Source: Clostridia bacterium
GTDB taxonomy: Bacteria > Bacillota > Clostridia > Christensenellales > Aristaeellaceae
Assembly (NCBI GenBank): GCA_017447185.1
Contig: JAFSOC010000015.1
Coordinates: forward strand, 184,672-248,671
DNA: 64,000 nucleotides
Direction: 5' to 3'
Shown here: one piece after another, positions 11,137 through 21,274 of the stretch
Layout of the letters: each line of letters begins with the position of its first letter
How positions within the stretch are numbered: the stretch's first letter is position 1
Translations under genes and position numbers: made by a program
The notes under the pieces: model-generated
Told to the model about the DNA's origin: nothing
The model's database searches: none
What the model saw: the letters and a program-made list of their open reading frames with translations, nothing else

Positions 11137-12296
11137 TCTGCCCGGCACAGAAGGCATACAGCTTGCGCGGAGATGCCTTCACCGCGGCCTTCAAAACCAA
11201 GCTTTTCCGTGGTTGTTGCCTTAATGCTGATCTGAGACGGGCTGCATTGCAGCAGATCGCTGATGTTCCGGATCATCTGCGGGATATAAGGAGCCAGCTT
11301 TGGCTTTTGAGCGACAATTGTGATATCCGCGTTGCCCAGAATGTATCCCGCATTCCGCACGTATTCATATGTTTTCTGGAGCAGTACAAGGGAAGATATT
11401 CCCCTGTACTGTTCTTCTGTATCGGGGAAATGTTTTCCGATATCTCCAAGCGCTGCGGCTCCGAGCATGGAATCCATCAGGGCATGCAGGGCAACATCCG
11501 CATCGCTGTGACCAAGAAGGCCCAGTTCATAAGGAATATCAACGCCGCACAGGATCAGTTTCCTGTTCGCAGTAAGCTGATGAACGTCATATCCCATTCC
11601 AATCCGATGGGAAAGCGTTTTATTATCAAGGATTGCATTCACAATCGGCAAATCTTCTTTCTCAGTAATTTTGATGTTTTGCCTGGATCCAAAGGTCAGG
11701 AAAACAGGAATTCCGCAGTATTCTGCTATGGATGCATCGTCCGTGGCAGAAAAATGGTCTTTTTCGGCCCGGAGCGACGCTTCCAGCAAGGTGTTGTATC
11801 GAAAACCCTGCGGTGTCTGGATCTCATAGAGGTGCGCGCGGTCCACCGTGCAGGAAATCGTCTGTCCGTCATCAGACTTTTTCATTGTGTTGACGGCAGG
11901 AATACCCGGAACTCCGCTTCCGTGTGCGATACAGGATTCCAGGACGCTCTGGATCACAGATCGCGGTGTCAGACAGCGGGCGGCGTCATGGACCAGTACG
12001 ATATCATCCGGCGAAGCCTGCAAAGCTTTCAGCCCGTTAAGTACAGAGGACTGACGCGAAGGACCGCCGGTTGTGATATGAATGGAAAATGATACAGATG
12101 AGGAGGAGACAATGTTTTCAATTCCGGAAAGGTCTTCTTTTCTGCACACAATCATCATGTTGTCAATCAGCCGATCAAACAACTGAATGCTGCGGGAAAG
12201 GACAGACTGACCACATACGGACAAAAAGATTTTGTTTTCCTCCGTGCCCATTCTTGTCCCGGAACCGCCTGCAGCCAGGATGACATGCTTTTGCAT
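11133..12296 (-). CDS. ispDF: bifunctional IspD/IspF (MEP pathway)
   Basis: [17 protein letters not shown] and QTPQ (IspD), then GYDVH, GHSDADV and KATTTE (IspF). Confidence 0.96.
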   Translation of the reverse strand: MQKHVILAAGGSGTRMGTEENKIFLSVCGQSVLSRSIQLFDRLIDNMMIVCRKEDLSGIENIVSSSSVSFSIHITTGGPSRQSSVLNGLKALQASPDDIVLVHDAARCLTPRSVIQSVLESCIAHGSGVPGIPAVNTMKKSDDGQTISCTVDRAHLYEIQTPQGFRYNTLLEASLRAEKDHFSATDDASIAEYCGIPVFLTFGSRQNIKITEKEDLPIVNAILDNKTLSHRIGMGYDVHQLTANRKLILCGVDIPYELGLLGHSDADVALHALMDSMLGAAALGDIGKHFPDTEEQYRGISSLVLLQKTYEYVRNAGYILGNADITIVAQKPKLAPYIPQMIRNISDLLQCSPSQISIKATTTEKLGFEGRGEGISAQAVCLLCRAD

Positions 12297-12568
12297 TATT
12301 CAGCCTCCTCCGGCAGTGATACAGAAGGGGTAAGCGCTTCAAACAGATCAGCAGCCTGCTCTTTCCGGACAGTTTCCGCAACGCTCAATACCTTGTACTT
12401 TGCTGTGCGTTCACCGAAACGGATTGCGATAATATCCCCGGGGATAACTTCGCTGCCGGGCTTCGCGACTTTATCGTTGATGGTAACACGTCCGGCGGTA
12501 CAGGCTTCATTCGCAACCGTACGGCGTTTGATGATTCTGGATACTTTCAGATATTTGTCAATTCTCAT
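12296..12568 (-). CDS. yabO: S4-domain RNA-binding protein YabO/RqcP
   Basis: [19 protein letters not shown]; conserved position after yabN-hup. Confidence 0.9.
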   Translation of the reverse strand: MRIDKYLKVSRIIKRRTVANEACTAGRVTINDKVAKPGSEVIPGDIIAIRFGERTAKYKVLSVAETVRKEQAADLFEALTPSVSLPEEAE

Positions 12569-12611
12569 AATCCTGTTCCTTGCATAATCAATGTAAATTG
12601 GTATAAACCTG

Positions 12612-12643
12612 AAAAAAGCCTGCAGGATGAAAATCCTGCAGGC
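12612..12643 (-). terminator. intrinsic terminator after hup
   Basis: GCCTGCAGGAT/ATCCTGCAGGC stem followed by T6 on the minus strand. Confidence 0.85.
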
Positions 12644-12654
12644 AGAAAGGTCAA

Positions 12655-12954
12655 TTACTTCTTGCCCTTTTTCTTGGCAGGAGTGTTGACTTTGTCTTTC
12701 AGAGCTTTGCCGGCCTTGAAAGCAGGAGCCTTGGAAGCGGCGATCTTGATTTCGGCGCCGGTCCGGGGATTACGGGCAACACGGGCGGGGCGCTTCTTCA
12801 CATCGAAGGTGCCGAAGCCAATCAGCTGGACCTTGTCACCCTTGGCCAGGGAACCGCTGATAACATCAACGAATGCATTCAGAGCTTTTTCAGCATCTTT
12901 CTTGGAAAAATCACTTTTCTCGGCCAGTGCAGCAATCAATTCGCTCTTGTTCAT
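12655..12954 (-). CDS. hup: DNA-binding protein HU with Lys-rich tail
   Basis: MNKSELI, GFGTF, RNPRTG and [10 protein letters not shown] motifs. Confidence 0.97.
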   Translation of the reverse strand: MNKSELIAALAEKSDFSKKDAEKALNAFVDVISGSLAKGDKVQLIGFGTFDVKKRPARVARNPRTGAEIKIAASKAPAFKAGKALKDKVNTPAKKKGKK

Positions 12955-13042
12955 TGGGAAATCCTCCTCATTTTTTCATGCAAAGCATGATAATTAAATA
13001 TGTCAAAGACCTAAAAATATTCAATTTATGCCTTCAACATAA

Positions 13043-14455
13043 TCACAGTATACTCAGAAATCCTTGAAAGTCAAGCGTTCCGAGGGATTTCGCATCGTTT
13101 TTACCGCGTTTTTCCAGGGATTGACAGGTTTCAATCACTTTTTGCACATATTCATGTAATATGACTTCACTGTCAACCCCATATTGACGTGCAAGAACAA
13201 CGCAGAAAAACAGGATTTTCCCGAGAAGATCCTTTCGATGATCTGGTGAAGCATCCTGCAGTTGCTGAAATTGGTTCAGCAGATTGGAAAGGATATATTC
13301 TTCAGATGACTGCTTCCTGGAAGCAGTCTGTATTTTGCGAATGATTTTCTGGGCATAACGAAGGGATGGCAGGGACGATGAAACAGATTCCAGGGATTCT
13401 GTAAAGGATTGATCGCCCTGTTCTTTCTGTTTGATCTGATCCCACGCAGCTTCTGAAAAAGAGGATGGTTTCTGATCTCCGCTGGCAAAGACGTGGGGGT
13501 GGCGTCGGATCATCTTGTTTGAAATACAGGATATGATATCGACCATTGTAAACTCATCAAAGGAATTGCCGATAGATGCGTGGAATACAACCTGGAAAAG
13601 CAGGTCTCCGAGCTCTTCTGCAAGATGTTGCGAATCTTCCTGGCCGATCGCATCCACAACTTCCCATGCTTCTTCAACCAGATAGGGCTTCAGGGTTTCA
13701 TGCGTCTGCTTCTGATCCCACGGACAGCCTCCGGGTGAACGAAGCGTATCCATAATTTCCATCAGATCTGTTAATGTTTTTCGTTCACGATTCATTTTGT
13801 CTTTTCCCGGAACCGCAACAGCGGAAAGATGATCGTAATGCGGCTGGCGGTCCAGTTCATAGAGGGGAACAGGATAAGGCGTTCCGTCCGTTCCAAAGAA
13901 GAAAACAGTTTCTTCGTCATCCACAAAAACGGAGAGAGCTGTTTTGATATCGCCGGCGGTGATTGCGTCGTTCAATTCCGTGATCAGTATTGGACGGGAA
14001 GGATCCAGGGAAAGTCCGCTGAAAGAGGCAGCCGGGCAAATCCGGATATCTGATGTGGAGAAGAAACCACGGCAGGCGGAGAGATAATAATCTGCATAGG
14101 AAAAACCGGGAACAATTCGTATTTCTCCGGATTCGGGACGGAACCGATACAGGGCATCCACAGAACTGTCCGTCATGGCGTCTGCTACTGCATATACAGC
14201 AGAACCGTTTTCACCGGCTGTTTTCCATACGCATTCGGCGATGGCTGCGGAAAGATTGTCAAAATCATCCATCGTATCATAGAGGCTGTCCATCGAGCAG
14301 TATGGAATGTTATGGATGTCAAGGAAAGAGGAGAGAGCATGGAGCTTTGTACGAAGCAAAAGAGTACCAGGTTCCCGGAGCTTTTTGATTGTGATTTCGT
14401 TCAGGAATTCCGGGTCACCGGGGCCAACGGAAAGAACGGTAATAAAGGATGTCAT
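13043..14455 (-). CDS. mazG: YabN-type tetrapyrrole-methylase-like/MazG nucleotide pyrophosphohydrolase
   Basis: VGPGD N-terminus; LRSPGGCPWD..QT, EEAWEV, EELGD and RRHPHVF motifs. Confidence 0.92.
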   Translation of the reverse strand: MTSFITVLSVGPGDPEFLNEITIKKLREPGTLLLRTKLHALSSFLDIHNIPYCSMDSLYDTMDDFDNLSAAIAECVWKTAGENGSAVYAVADAMTDSSVDALYRFRPESGEIRIVPGFSYADYYLSACRGFFSTSDIRICPAASFSGLSLDPSRPILITELNDAITAGDIKTALSVFVDDEETVFFFGTDGTPYPVPLYELDRQPHYDHLSAVAVPGKDKMNRERKTLTDLMEIMDTLRSPGGCPWDQKQTHETLKPYLVEEAWEVVDAIGQEDSQHLAEELGDLLFQVVFHASIGNSFDEFTMVDIISCISNKMIRRHPHVFASGDQKPSSFSEAAWDQIKQKEQGDQSFTESLESVSSSLPSLRYAQKIIRKIQTASRKQSSEEYILSNLLNQFQQLQDASPDHRKDLLGKILFFCVVLARQYGVDSEVILHEYVQKVIETCQSLEKRGKNDAKSLGTLDFQGFLSIL

Positions 14456-16050
14456 GCTGTTTTTTTCCTCCTGCGTAAAATAGCATTCAGATCATTCTTC
14501 GTAACGGCTTTCAGGAGAATGGCAGCGCCAAAGAAGACGACCATTCCGATAATTACACATAGGATCGTTGTAATCCGGCCGCCGGGCAGAAGCGTTTTCA
14601 TAATGTAAATGACAACACCCATGATGGCGGCTGCGAGGCCCGGGCGGATAATCCAGGTCATCCAACGGAATTTCATTTTTGCAATACGGCAGACATAAAT
14701 GGAATTAATGATCATAACAACGGAATAACACGCGATGGAAGCAAACGGTCCGCCATGGATATCAATTCCGGGGGTGCCGATGAGAATATAGTTTAGTAAA
14801 ATTTTTACTGCGACACCGATCAGCATGGTATACATCGGGATTTTCTGCTTGCGCAGGCCCTGAAGTATGCTGCTGGTGGCTTGCACAGCTGTAAATAGTA
14901 CTACCGTCATGGCAGAAAAAGTGAGCAGTTCGGAGGCAAGTTGAATACGTGCGTCGCTCCAGGTAAAATAGAAAAAGGAAACAATCCGGCCAGCCAGCAG
15001 ACTCATGCCTACGGAGCACGGAAAACCGATCAGGAAAGCATAACGCATTCCGGTGTTGATTTCCTGCCTTACGCCATCCATATCCTTTACAGCATAACGG
15101 GAGGAAACGCTCGGTACAAGCGTGACGGAAATTGCAAGGGCAAGGGCAGTCGGAATATTGATCAGTCTGATGACTGCACTGGTGAACGCTCCATAGGCAT
15201 CCTCCGCGGCAGCCTGTGTCAGACCAGCAGTTATCATCCGTTTGATCATCATGGCGGAATCGATAAACTGTGAAAACGGAATAATACAGGCACTGATGGT
15301 AATTGGGATCGAAATAATGATCAGGCGGCGAAGCAGGACACGGCCGGAAACCGGTTTGGTATCCGGGTTTTGCGGAAGCGCATTATATTCAGGCTTTTTC
15401 ACCTTATGGCGGATAATCATATAGATCATCGAAATGATTTCCGCCAGCGTAATACCGAAAAGGGCGCCGGCAGCGCCTAATTCCAGGCTGTGATATTGAT
15501 GGAGGCCGATGTAAGCCAGCGGAAGAGACAGAACGACTTTGCCAACTTGTTCAATTAGCTGGGAGATGGCTGTTGGAAGCATGTTCTGCTGCCCCTGGAT
15601 GAAACCGCGGAAGGCGGAAATAATACAGACAATCATCACACATGGCGCGATGGCATAAAATCCCATGGAAGTCTGCTGAACGCCGACCATGTTTACAAGT
15701 ACACTGTTCATCAACACCATAATGATGGAGAAGAAAGCACCGATGACTGCCAGCATCTTCAGGGCTACCCTGAAAGTATTTCTGGCATTCCTTGCGTCAT
15801 CCCGTGCAAGATAATCTGCGACCATCCGGGAAACAGCAACCGGAAGGCCGGCGTCGGAAATGGTCAGGAGAAGTGTATAAGTGGGGTAGACGAGGTAGAA
15901 CAGATTTGCGACTTTTCCGCTTTCAGCCACCCCCGGCTCGCTCAGCATATTCAGCGGGATGGAAAACAGAAGACCAATAACTTTACAGATAATACCCGCA
16001 ATTCCGAGAATTGAAATACCCTTCGCTACAGATTTAACCTGTTTCGGCAT
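14452..16050 (-). CDS. MOP-superfamily flippase (YabM/SpoVB/MurJ-like)
   Basis: multi-TM protein; AGLPVAVSR, RGFIQG, SQLIEQ motifs; synteny with yabN. Confidence 0.88.
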   Translation of the reverse strand: MPKQVKSVAKGISILGIAGIICKVIGLLFSIPLNMLSEPGVAESGKVANLFYLVYPTYTLLLTISDAGLPVAVSRMVADYLARDDARNARNTFRVALKMLAVIGAFFSIIMVLMNSVLVNMVGVQQTSMGFYAIAPCVMIVCIISAFRGFIQGQQNMLPTAISQLIEQVGKVVLSLPLAYIGLHQYHSLELGAAGALFGITLAEIISMIYMIIRHKVKKPEYNALPQNPDTKPVSGRVLLRRLIIISIPITISACIIPFSQFIDSAMMIKRMITAGLTQAAAEDAYGAFTSAVIRLINIPTALALAISVTLVPSVSSRYAVKDMDGVRQEINTGMRYAFLIGFPCSVGMSLLAGRIVSFFYFTWSDARIQLASELLTFSAMTVVLFTAVQATSSILQGLRKQKIPMYTMLIGVAVKILLNYILIGTPGIDIHGGPFASIACYSVVMIINSIYVCRIAKMKFRWMTWIIRPGLAAAIMGVVIYIMKTLLPGGRITTILCVIIGMVVFFGAAILLKAVTKNDLNAILRRRKKTA

Positions 16051-16068
16051 AAGGACATCCTTTCCGTA

Positions 16069-17523
16069 TCAGTATTTATGCCAGGCAGAACGGGTGAACA
16101 GAATAAACATGGGCAGAAGCTCCAGGCGGCCGAACAGCATGAGCAGGGAAAGAACGGACTTTCCCCATACACCATAACCGACAAAATTATCAACTGGTCC
16201 GACAGAACCGAATCCCGGACCGACGTTGCTGACACAGGTCAGAGATGCAGTCAGATTTGTAATAATGTCATATTTCCCTTCCAGAGAAATCAAAAAACCA
16301 CCAATAAGAACCAGCGCGATATACATCACGGCAAATTGGGCAACCTGTGAAACGATATTTTCATCCACGGCCTTTTTGTCGATCCGGATGACGTCCACTT
16401 TCTTCGGCCGTCCTGCGGCAAGCACATTCCGGCGGGACAGCTTCATCAGCATCTTGACGCGGATAACCTTTATACCTCCGGCTGTGGATCCGGCGCAGGA
16501 ACCGATAAACATCGCAAGGATGATCAGGAACTGTGAAGCAACCGGCCACCGACTGTAATCCGCGGTAACAAAGCCGGTGGTTGAAATGATGGATGAAAGT
16601 TGGAAGGAACTGTAGCGAAGGGAGGTGAAGAAAGATTCGTAATAAGGAAGATTGAACAGTGTGATCGCCAGCGTAAATGAGATCGCAATAAAGAAATAGG
16701 TGCGAAATTCCTCATCCCGCCAGAATGCTTTGAATCTTTCACCGATCAGGAATTTGTAATAAAGTGCGAAGTTGATGCCAAACATGAACATGAAAACTGT
16801 AATAACAATATCCACCGGGACGCTGTCAAAAGCGGCAACGCTACTACCGTAATTGCTGAAGCCGCCGGTACCGGCTGTGGCAAAAGCATGGACGGCGGCA
16901 TCATAAGGTGACAGACCGCAAAACAGTAACGCGATAAACTCGAGCAGCGTCAGAAGGATATAGATTCGGTAAAGAATTTTGGCTGTCTGACCTGTTTTGG
17001 GTACCAGCTTACTAAGGGATGGTCCAGGACTTTCCGCTTTTACAAGGTGTGCAGTTCTTCCTGTCAGCTTCGGCAGCAAAGCCAGTGTCAGTACAAGAAC
17101 GCCCATGCCACCAATCCAATGAGTGGTGGCGCGCCAGAAAACAACACCGTGCATGTAGTTTTCAAATCCTTCGAAAACAGAAGCACCGGTAGTTGTGAAA
17201 CCGGAAACGGACTCGAAAAAAGCGCTGTCAAAATGTGTGAACATTCCGGACAGCATATAGGGAATAGCACCGAAGGCGCTCATCAGAATCCAGCCGAGAG
17301 CAACGATAATAAATCCTTCCTTCAGACGAAGATAGGATTTTTTATCTGATTTCGGTATCAGGTACATGGCTGCGCCAACAGCAATTGTGATAAGAATGCT
17401 GTAGCCCAGGGCAGCAGTATCACCGTCCCGAAAATAAAGCGAAATAAGGAATGACGGAATCATTGCCAGTCCTTCGATGGCGAGAATCGCACCCAGTACA
17501 CGAACGATCAGTTTACGGTTCAT
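16069..17523 (-). CDS. trkH: Trk potassium uptake membrane protein
   Basis: pore loops FTTTG, AGTGGF, STTGF and SNVGPG; GRLE motif. Confidence 0.95.
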   Translation of the reverse strand: MNRKLIVRVLGAILAIEGLAMIPSFLISLYFRDGDTAALGYSILITIAVGAAMYLIPKSDKKSYLRLKEGFIIVALGWILMSAFGAIPYMLSGMFTHFDSAFFESVSGFTTTGASVFEGFENYMHGVVFWRATTHWIGGMGVLVLTLALLPKLTGRTAHLVKAESPGPSLSKLVPKTGQTAKILYRIYILLTLLEFIALLFCGLSPYDAAVHAFATAGTGGFSNYGSSVAAFDSVPVDIVITVFMFMFGINFALYYKFLIGERFKAFWRDEEFRTYFFIAISFTLAITLFNLPYYESFFTSLRYSSFQLSSIISTTGFVTADYSRWPVASQFLIILAMFIGSCAGSTAGGIKVIRVKMLMKLSRRNVLAAGRPKKVDVIRIDKKAVDENIVSQVAQFAVMYIALVLIGGFLISLEGKYDIITNLTASLTCVSNVGPGFGSVGPVDNFVGYGVWGKSVLSLLMLFGRLELLPMFILFTRSAWHKY

Positions 17524-18884
17524 CGATACAGTACCTCGTTCAGATCAGAAATCCCCAGATTTCTGGAAACAATAATTACATGGTCTCCTTCCTCAATATG
17601 ATCTTTTCCGAAAGGGATGATGATTTTTCCCTGATGGACAATAACGGAAACAAGGGAGCCCTTGCGTGTGTTGAGATCCTTCAGCGGAATTCCGATATAG
17701 GGATCTCCCTTGCGCGCGACAAATTCGATCGCTTCAGCATTCCCGTCAATCAGACGGTACAGGCGCTCAATATGCGTACCGTTGCTGTTTTCACGGGCAC
17801 GGACATAGCGGAGAATTGTTGAAGAAGTGATTACCTGAGGGCTGATAACTGAATCAAGTCCGAGATCGTTCAGAACGTCCATATATGCCATACGGCTATT
17901 CTTTGCGATGGTTTTCTGGACCCCGCTACGCGAAGCGTAAAGCGCAGTCATCAGGTTTTCCTCATCCCGGTTGCTGAGGGAAACAAAAGCGTCCACTTGC
18001 GAAAGGCCCTGTTCCTGGAGCAGATCCTGATCTGTTCCGTCGCCGTAAATTACATCCACGCGGGGGAGAAGTTCACTCAGGCGCCTGGCTTTTTGCGAAT
18101 CCAGTTCAAAAAGCGTCACATGGATGCCCATCGGAACAATCAGGCGGGACAGATAATAGGAAATCCGGCCTCCACCGAGGAGCATAACGCTGCGGATTTT
18201 CTGGCTGTAGCGGCCGAGAAAACGGAAGAACTCGGTAATTGTGACCATGTCACCGGAAACGAAGACTTTGTCTCCGGGGAGGATCGCAAAATTACCATCC
18301 GGAATGATGACGGAATTGTTGCGTTCAACCATGGCATACAGGATACGCGGAAGATGTGGAACCTTGCTGGCCAGATCCTTCATTGGAATGCCGACGATCG
18401 CGTCTTTTTCCTGTGCCCGGAATTCAACCATTTCTACAAGGCCTCGGGCAAAGGACTCGATACTCCCGGCAAAGGGATAGCGAAGCAGGCGGCTGATTTC
18501 CAGCGCAGTAGCGCGTTCGGGGTTGATTGCCACATCGATGCCCAGTTCATTCTGCAGAAGTGTCTGACTCTCATTGAATTCGGGGTCACGGATGCGGGCG
18601 ATCGTATACTGTGCACCAAGGCGTTTTGCAATCAGACAGGCAAGCATATTGCTTTCATCGCTTTCCGTTGAAGCAATAACGATATTCGCTTTTTCGACGC
18701 CGGCTTCAAGCAGAACTTTAGCATTGGCACCGTTGCCTTTAATGCAGATAACATCCAGAGAACCGGAACAGCGCTCAATGACGTCATCGTTCTTGTCAAT
18801 AACAGTAACATCGTGCTCTTCCTGCGTCAGATGTTCTGCCAGCGTATATCCGACTTTTCCGGCACCGATAACAATGATTCTCAT
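17520..18884 (-). CDS. trkA: Trk potassium uptake regulatory subunit (two RCK units)
   Basis: GAGKVG and GGGRIS Rossmann motifs; 4-nt overlap with trkH. Confidence 0.95.
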   Translation of the reverse strand: MRIIVIGAGKVGYTLAEHLTQEEHDVTVIDKNDDVIERCSGSLDVICIKGNGANAKVLLEAGVEKANIVIASTESDESNMLACLIAKRLGAQYTIARIRDPEFNESQTLLQNELGIDVAINPERATALEISRLLRYPFAGSIESFARGLVEMVEFRAQEKDAIVGIPMKDLASKVPHLPRILYAMVERNNSVIIPDGNFAILPGDKVFVSGDMVTITEFFRFLGRYSQKIRSVMLLGGGRISYYLSRLIVPMGIHVTLFELDSQKARRLSELLPRVDVIYGDGTDQDLLQEQGLSQVDAFVSLSNRDEENLMTALYASRSGVQKTIAKNSRMAYMDVLNDLGLDSVISPQVITSSTILRYVRARENSNGTHIERLYRLIDGNAEAIEFVARKGDPYIGIPLKDLNTRKGSLVSVIVHQGKIIIPFGKDHIEEGDHVIIVSRNLGISDLNEVLYR

Positions 18885-19018
18885 ACAAAATCCCCCAAAA
18901 GCATATCACATTATATTTTATCATTTTCAGGACAATTTGGAAAGTATGGAATTGGTCAATCGCTGCAATTGAGAAAATCAGATAAATATATACTGGCGAT
19001 GGCATATGTCCTGATATA

Positions 19019-19047
19019 TTGCATTTATCGTTGCAAAACAATATAAT
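19019..19047 (+). promoter_or_regulatory. sigma-A promoter of the GH5 gene
   Basis: TTGCAT-N17-TATAAT upstream of an AAGGGGTG RBS. Confidence 0.65.
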
Positions 19048-19075
19048 GTAGTCAAAAAAAACAAGGGGTGATCAC

Positions 19076-20353
19076 TTGAATAAGCCGAAACGGATGCTTT
19101 TCATTCTGAGTATTTTCCTTGCGGTGGCGTTGATGGTTTCTGTCACTGCAGGTGGGGCATTGGCCGAAGCAGCATTGGAAATCGAGCAGGATCCATATCA
19201 GCTGATTCCGTCCGGAGAAGTTGAAATCCCTGTTATCGGTGAAGCAGATCTAAAAAAATTTGATTTCCCTGATAATGAAGCACTTCATTTTGTTTCCAAT
19301 CTGAAGGCAGGATGGAATCTCGGAAATACATTTGACGCCTATGATGATGGAAACGCATCACTCGGACTGCGCCTTGAAACATACTGGTGCCAGGCGAAAA
19401 CAACACAGGAACTGTTCCACGCGCTGAAGACAGCCGGGTTCAATCTTGTGCGTATTCCTGTCAGCTGGCACAATCATCTTGTGGATGATGAATATACGAT
19501 TGATCCTGCATGGATGGACCGGGTGAAGGAAGTTGCACAGTGGGCAGTGGATGAGGGAATGTACTTTATTGTCAATATACATCATGACAATTCCACCCAA
19601 TTCTTTTATCCGGATGACGAACACGCAGAACAGAGCGAAAGGTATCTGACAGCTATATGGAAGCAGATTGCTGATAATTTTGCCGGTTTTGACGAGCACT
19701 GTATCCTGGAATCCATGAACGAACCCCGGCTTGTTGGAAAAAACAATGAATGGGGTCTGGATGGTTCCTCCAGCGCAAATACAGCAGTCAATTATATCAA
19801 TCAATGGAATCAGAAATTTGTGGATATTGTGCGCGGAACAGGAGGAAATAACGCAACCCGGTATCTGGCTGTTCCCGGATACTGCGCCAGTCCAAACGGG
19901 GTACTCAGCGATCTTTTCACCATTCCGGCCGATCCCGCAGATAACAGGATCATCATTTCAGTGCATGCCTATACACCATATGCATTTGCGCTGAATACAC
20001 AAAGCACGGACAGCACATTCGATCTGACGGAAAGTAAAGATAAGAAACAGGAAATTGCCCTCTTTATGAACAGCCTGTACAACAAATTCGTCAAGAACGG
20101 AACACCCGTGATCATTGATGAGTTCGGTGCACTGCAGAAGAAACCGGATGACCTCCAGGCGAGGGTGAATTTCGCTGCATATTATATTGCCTCTGCCAGC
20201 ACCAGAGGCATGACCTGCTGCTGGTGGGACAATCATGTATTCACCGGGAACGGTGAAAGATTCGGAATCATTGACCGTGTAAATGTCCGATGGAAATATC
20301 CTGATATTGCACTGGCAATTCTTGAAAACTGTACATATAACCGCGAACCCTGA
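19076..20353 (+). CDS. secreted glycoside hydrolase family 5 endoglucanase (GH5_4-like)
   Basis: signal peptide; GWNLGNTFD, VRIPVSW, NIHHD, MNEPR (acid/base), HAY, IDEFG (nucleophile) and WWDN motifs; TTG start. Confidence 0.93.
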   Translation: MNKPKRMLFILSIFLAVALMVSVTAGGALAEAALEIEQDPYQLIPSGEVEIPVIGEADLKKFDFPDNEALHFVSNLKAGWNLGNTFDAYDDGNASLGLRLETYWCQAKTTQELFHALKTAGFNLVRIPVSWHNHLVDDEYTIDPAWMDRVKEVAQWAVDEGMYFIVNIHHDNSTQFFYPDDEHAEQSERYLTAIWKQIADNFAGFDEHCILESMNEPRLVGKNNEWGLDGSSSANTAVNYINQWNQKFVDIVRGTGGNNATRYLAVPGYCASPNGVLSDLFTIPADPADNRIIISVHAYTPYAFALNTQSTDSTFDLTESKDKKQEIALFMNSLYNKFVKNGTPVIIDEFGALQKKPDDLQARVNFAAYYIASASTRGMTCCWWDNHVFTGNGERFGIIDRVNVRWKYPDIALAILENCTYNREP

Positions 20354-20354
20354 C

Positions 20355-20390
20355 AAAAAGAGCGGCTTGCAGATTTGCAAGCCGCTCTTT
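20355..20390. terminator. bidirectional terminator between GH5 and tRNA-Ser
   Basis: AAAGAGCGGCTTGCA/TGCAAGCCGCTCTTT inverted repeat. Confidence 0.88.
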
Positions 20391-20480
20391 GGCGGAGAGT
20401 TAGGGATTTGAACCCTAGGTGAGGTATCACCCCACACACGATTTCCAGTCGTGCGCCTTAGACCACTCAGCCAACTCTCC
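20390..20480 (-). tRNA. tRNA-Ser (GGA)
   Basis: GGAGAGTTGGCTGAGTGGTCTAAGGCG; anticodon arm CACGA-CTGGAAA-TCGTG; long variable arm; GGTTCAAATCC; encoded CCA. Confidence 0.97.
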
Positions 20481-20500
20481 ATGCATGGTCACATTCGGAA

Positions 20501-20528
20501 ATTATACCATTTATCCTTTGTTTGTCAA
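20501..20528 (-). promoter_or_regulatory. sigma-A promoter of tRNA-Ser
   Basis: TTGACA-N16-TATAAT. Confidence 0.8.
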
Positions 20529-20543
20529 GATCGATTTTCAGAA

Positions 20544-21254
20544 TTACAGCTGTTTGAGCCTGGTAATTTCATCCGCTGTGAGTGAACGCCACATACCTGA
20601 AGGAAGATTTCCAAGGGAAACAGGTCCGAATTCTACACGCTTCAGGCTGACGACCTGATGACCGATGGCATCCACCATTTTCCGGACCTGGCGATTTCTT
20701 CCTTCATGGATCGAAATGAGCAGGACCGTATCAAAAGTATTCTCGCGGATCAGGCGCACAGAAGCCGGAGATGTGATTTTTCCGTCAATCAGGACTCCCT
20801 TGCGCAGCGCGAGGATCTCCTCGTTGCTGACATGATTTGAAACCTTGGTCAGATATACTTTTTTTACAAGGCGGCTGGGATGAAGCACATGGTTCATCAT
20901 CTCACCGTCATTTGTCAGCAGAAGGAGGCCTTCACTGTCATAATCCAAGCGACCGACAGGGAACAGGCGAACCGGGTAATCCCTGAATTTGTCCATCACA
21001 GTGTTTCGCCCTTCCGGATCGGAAACGGTTGTTACTTCTCCGGCCGGTTTGTTATAGGCAATATAATGCTTTGTTTCTTCGGGACGGACAGGTGCCCCGT
21101 CCACACAGACATGGTCGCTGAGTTCATCCACCTGGACACCCATTTGCGTGATGACAGATCCGTTTACGGTAATACGACCATCCAGAATCATTTTTTCAGC
21201 GGTCCGCCTGGAGGCGACCCCGCACTGGGCGAGATATTTCTGAAGCCTGATCAT
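20544..21254 (-). CDS. rluB: 23S rRNA pseudouridine synthase RluB/RsuA family
   Basis: S4 domain RLQKYLA; GRLDYDSEGLL and EGRNRQVRKM motifs. Confidence 0.9.
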   Translation of the reverse strand: MIRLQKYLAQCGVASRRTAEKMILDGRITVNGSVITQMGVQVDELSDHVCVDGAPVRPEETKHYIAYNKPAGEVTTVSDPEGRNTVMDKFRDYPVRLFPVGRLDYDSEGLLLLTNDGEMMNHVLHPSRLVKKVYLTKVSNHVSNEEILALRKGVLIDGKITSPASVRLIRENTFDTVLLISIHEGRNRQVRKMVDAIGHQVVSLKRVEFGPVSLGNLPSGMWRSLTADEITRLKQL

Positions 21255-21274
21255 AGTTTATCCTCTTTACCTCA

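Noticed and set aside
19076-20480. GH5 gene next to the tRNA-Ser 3' end as a possible integrated island
   Set aside because: No integrase and no duplicated tRNA 3' end (att site) seen; the tmRNA, tRNA-Leu and tRNA-Lys 3' ends also look unoccupied
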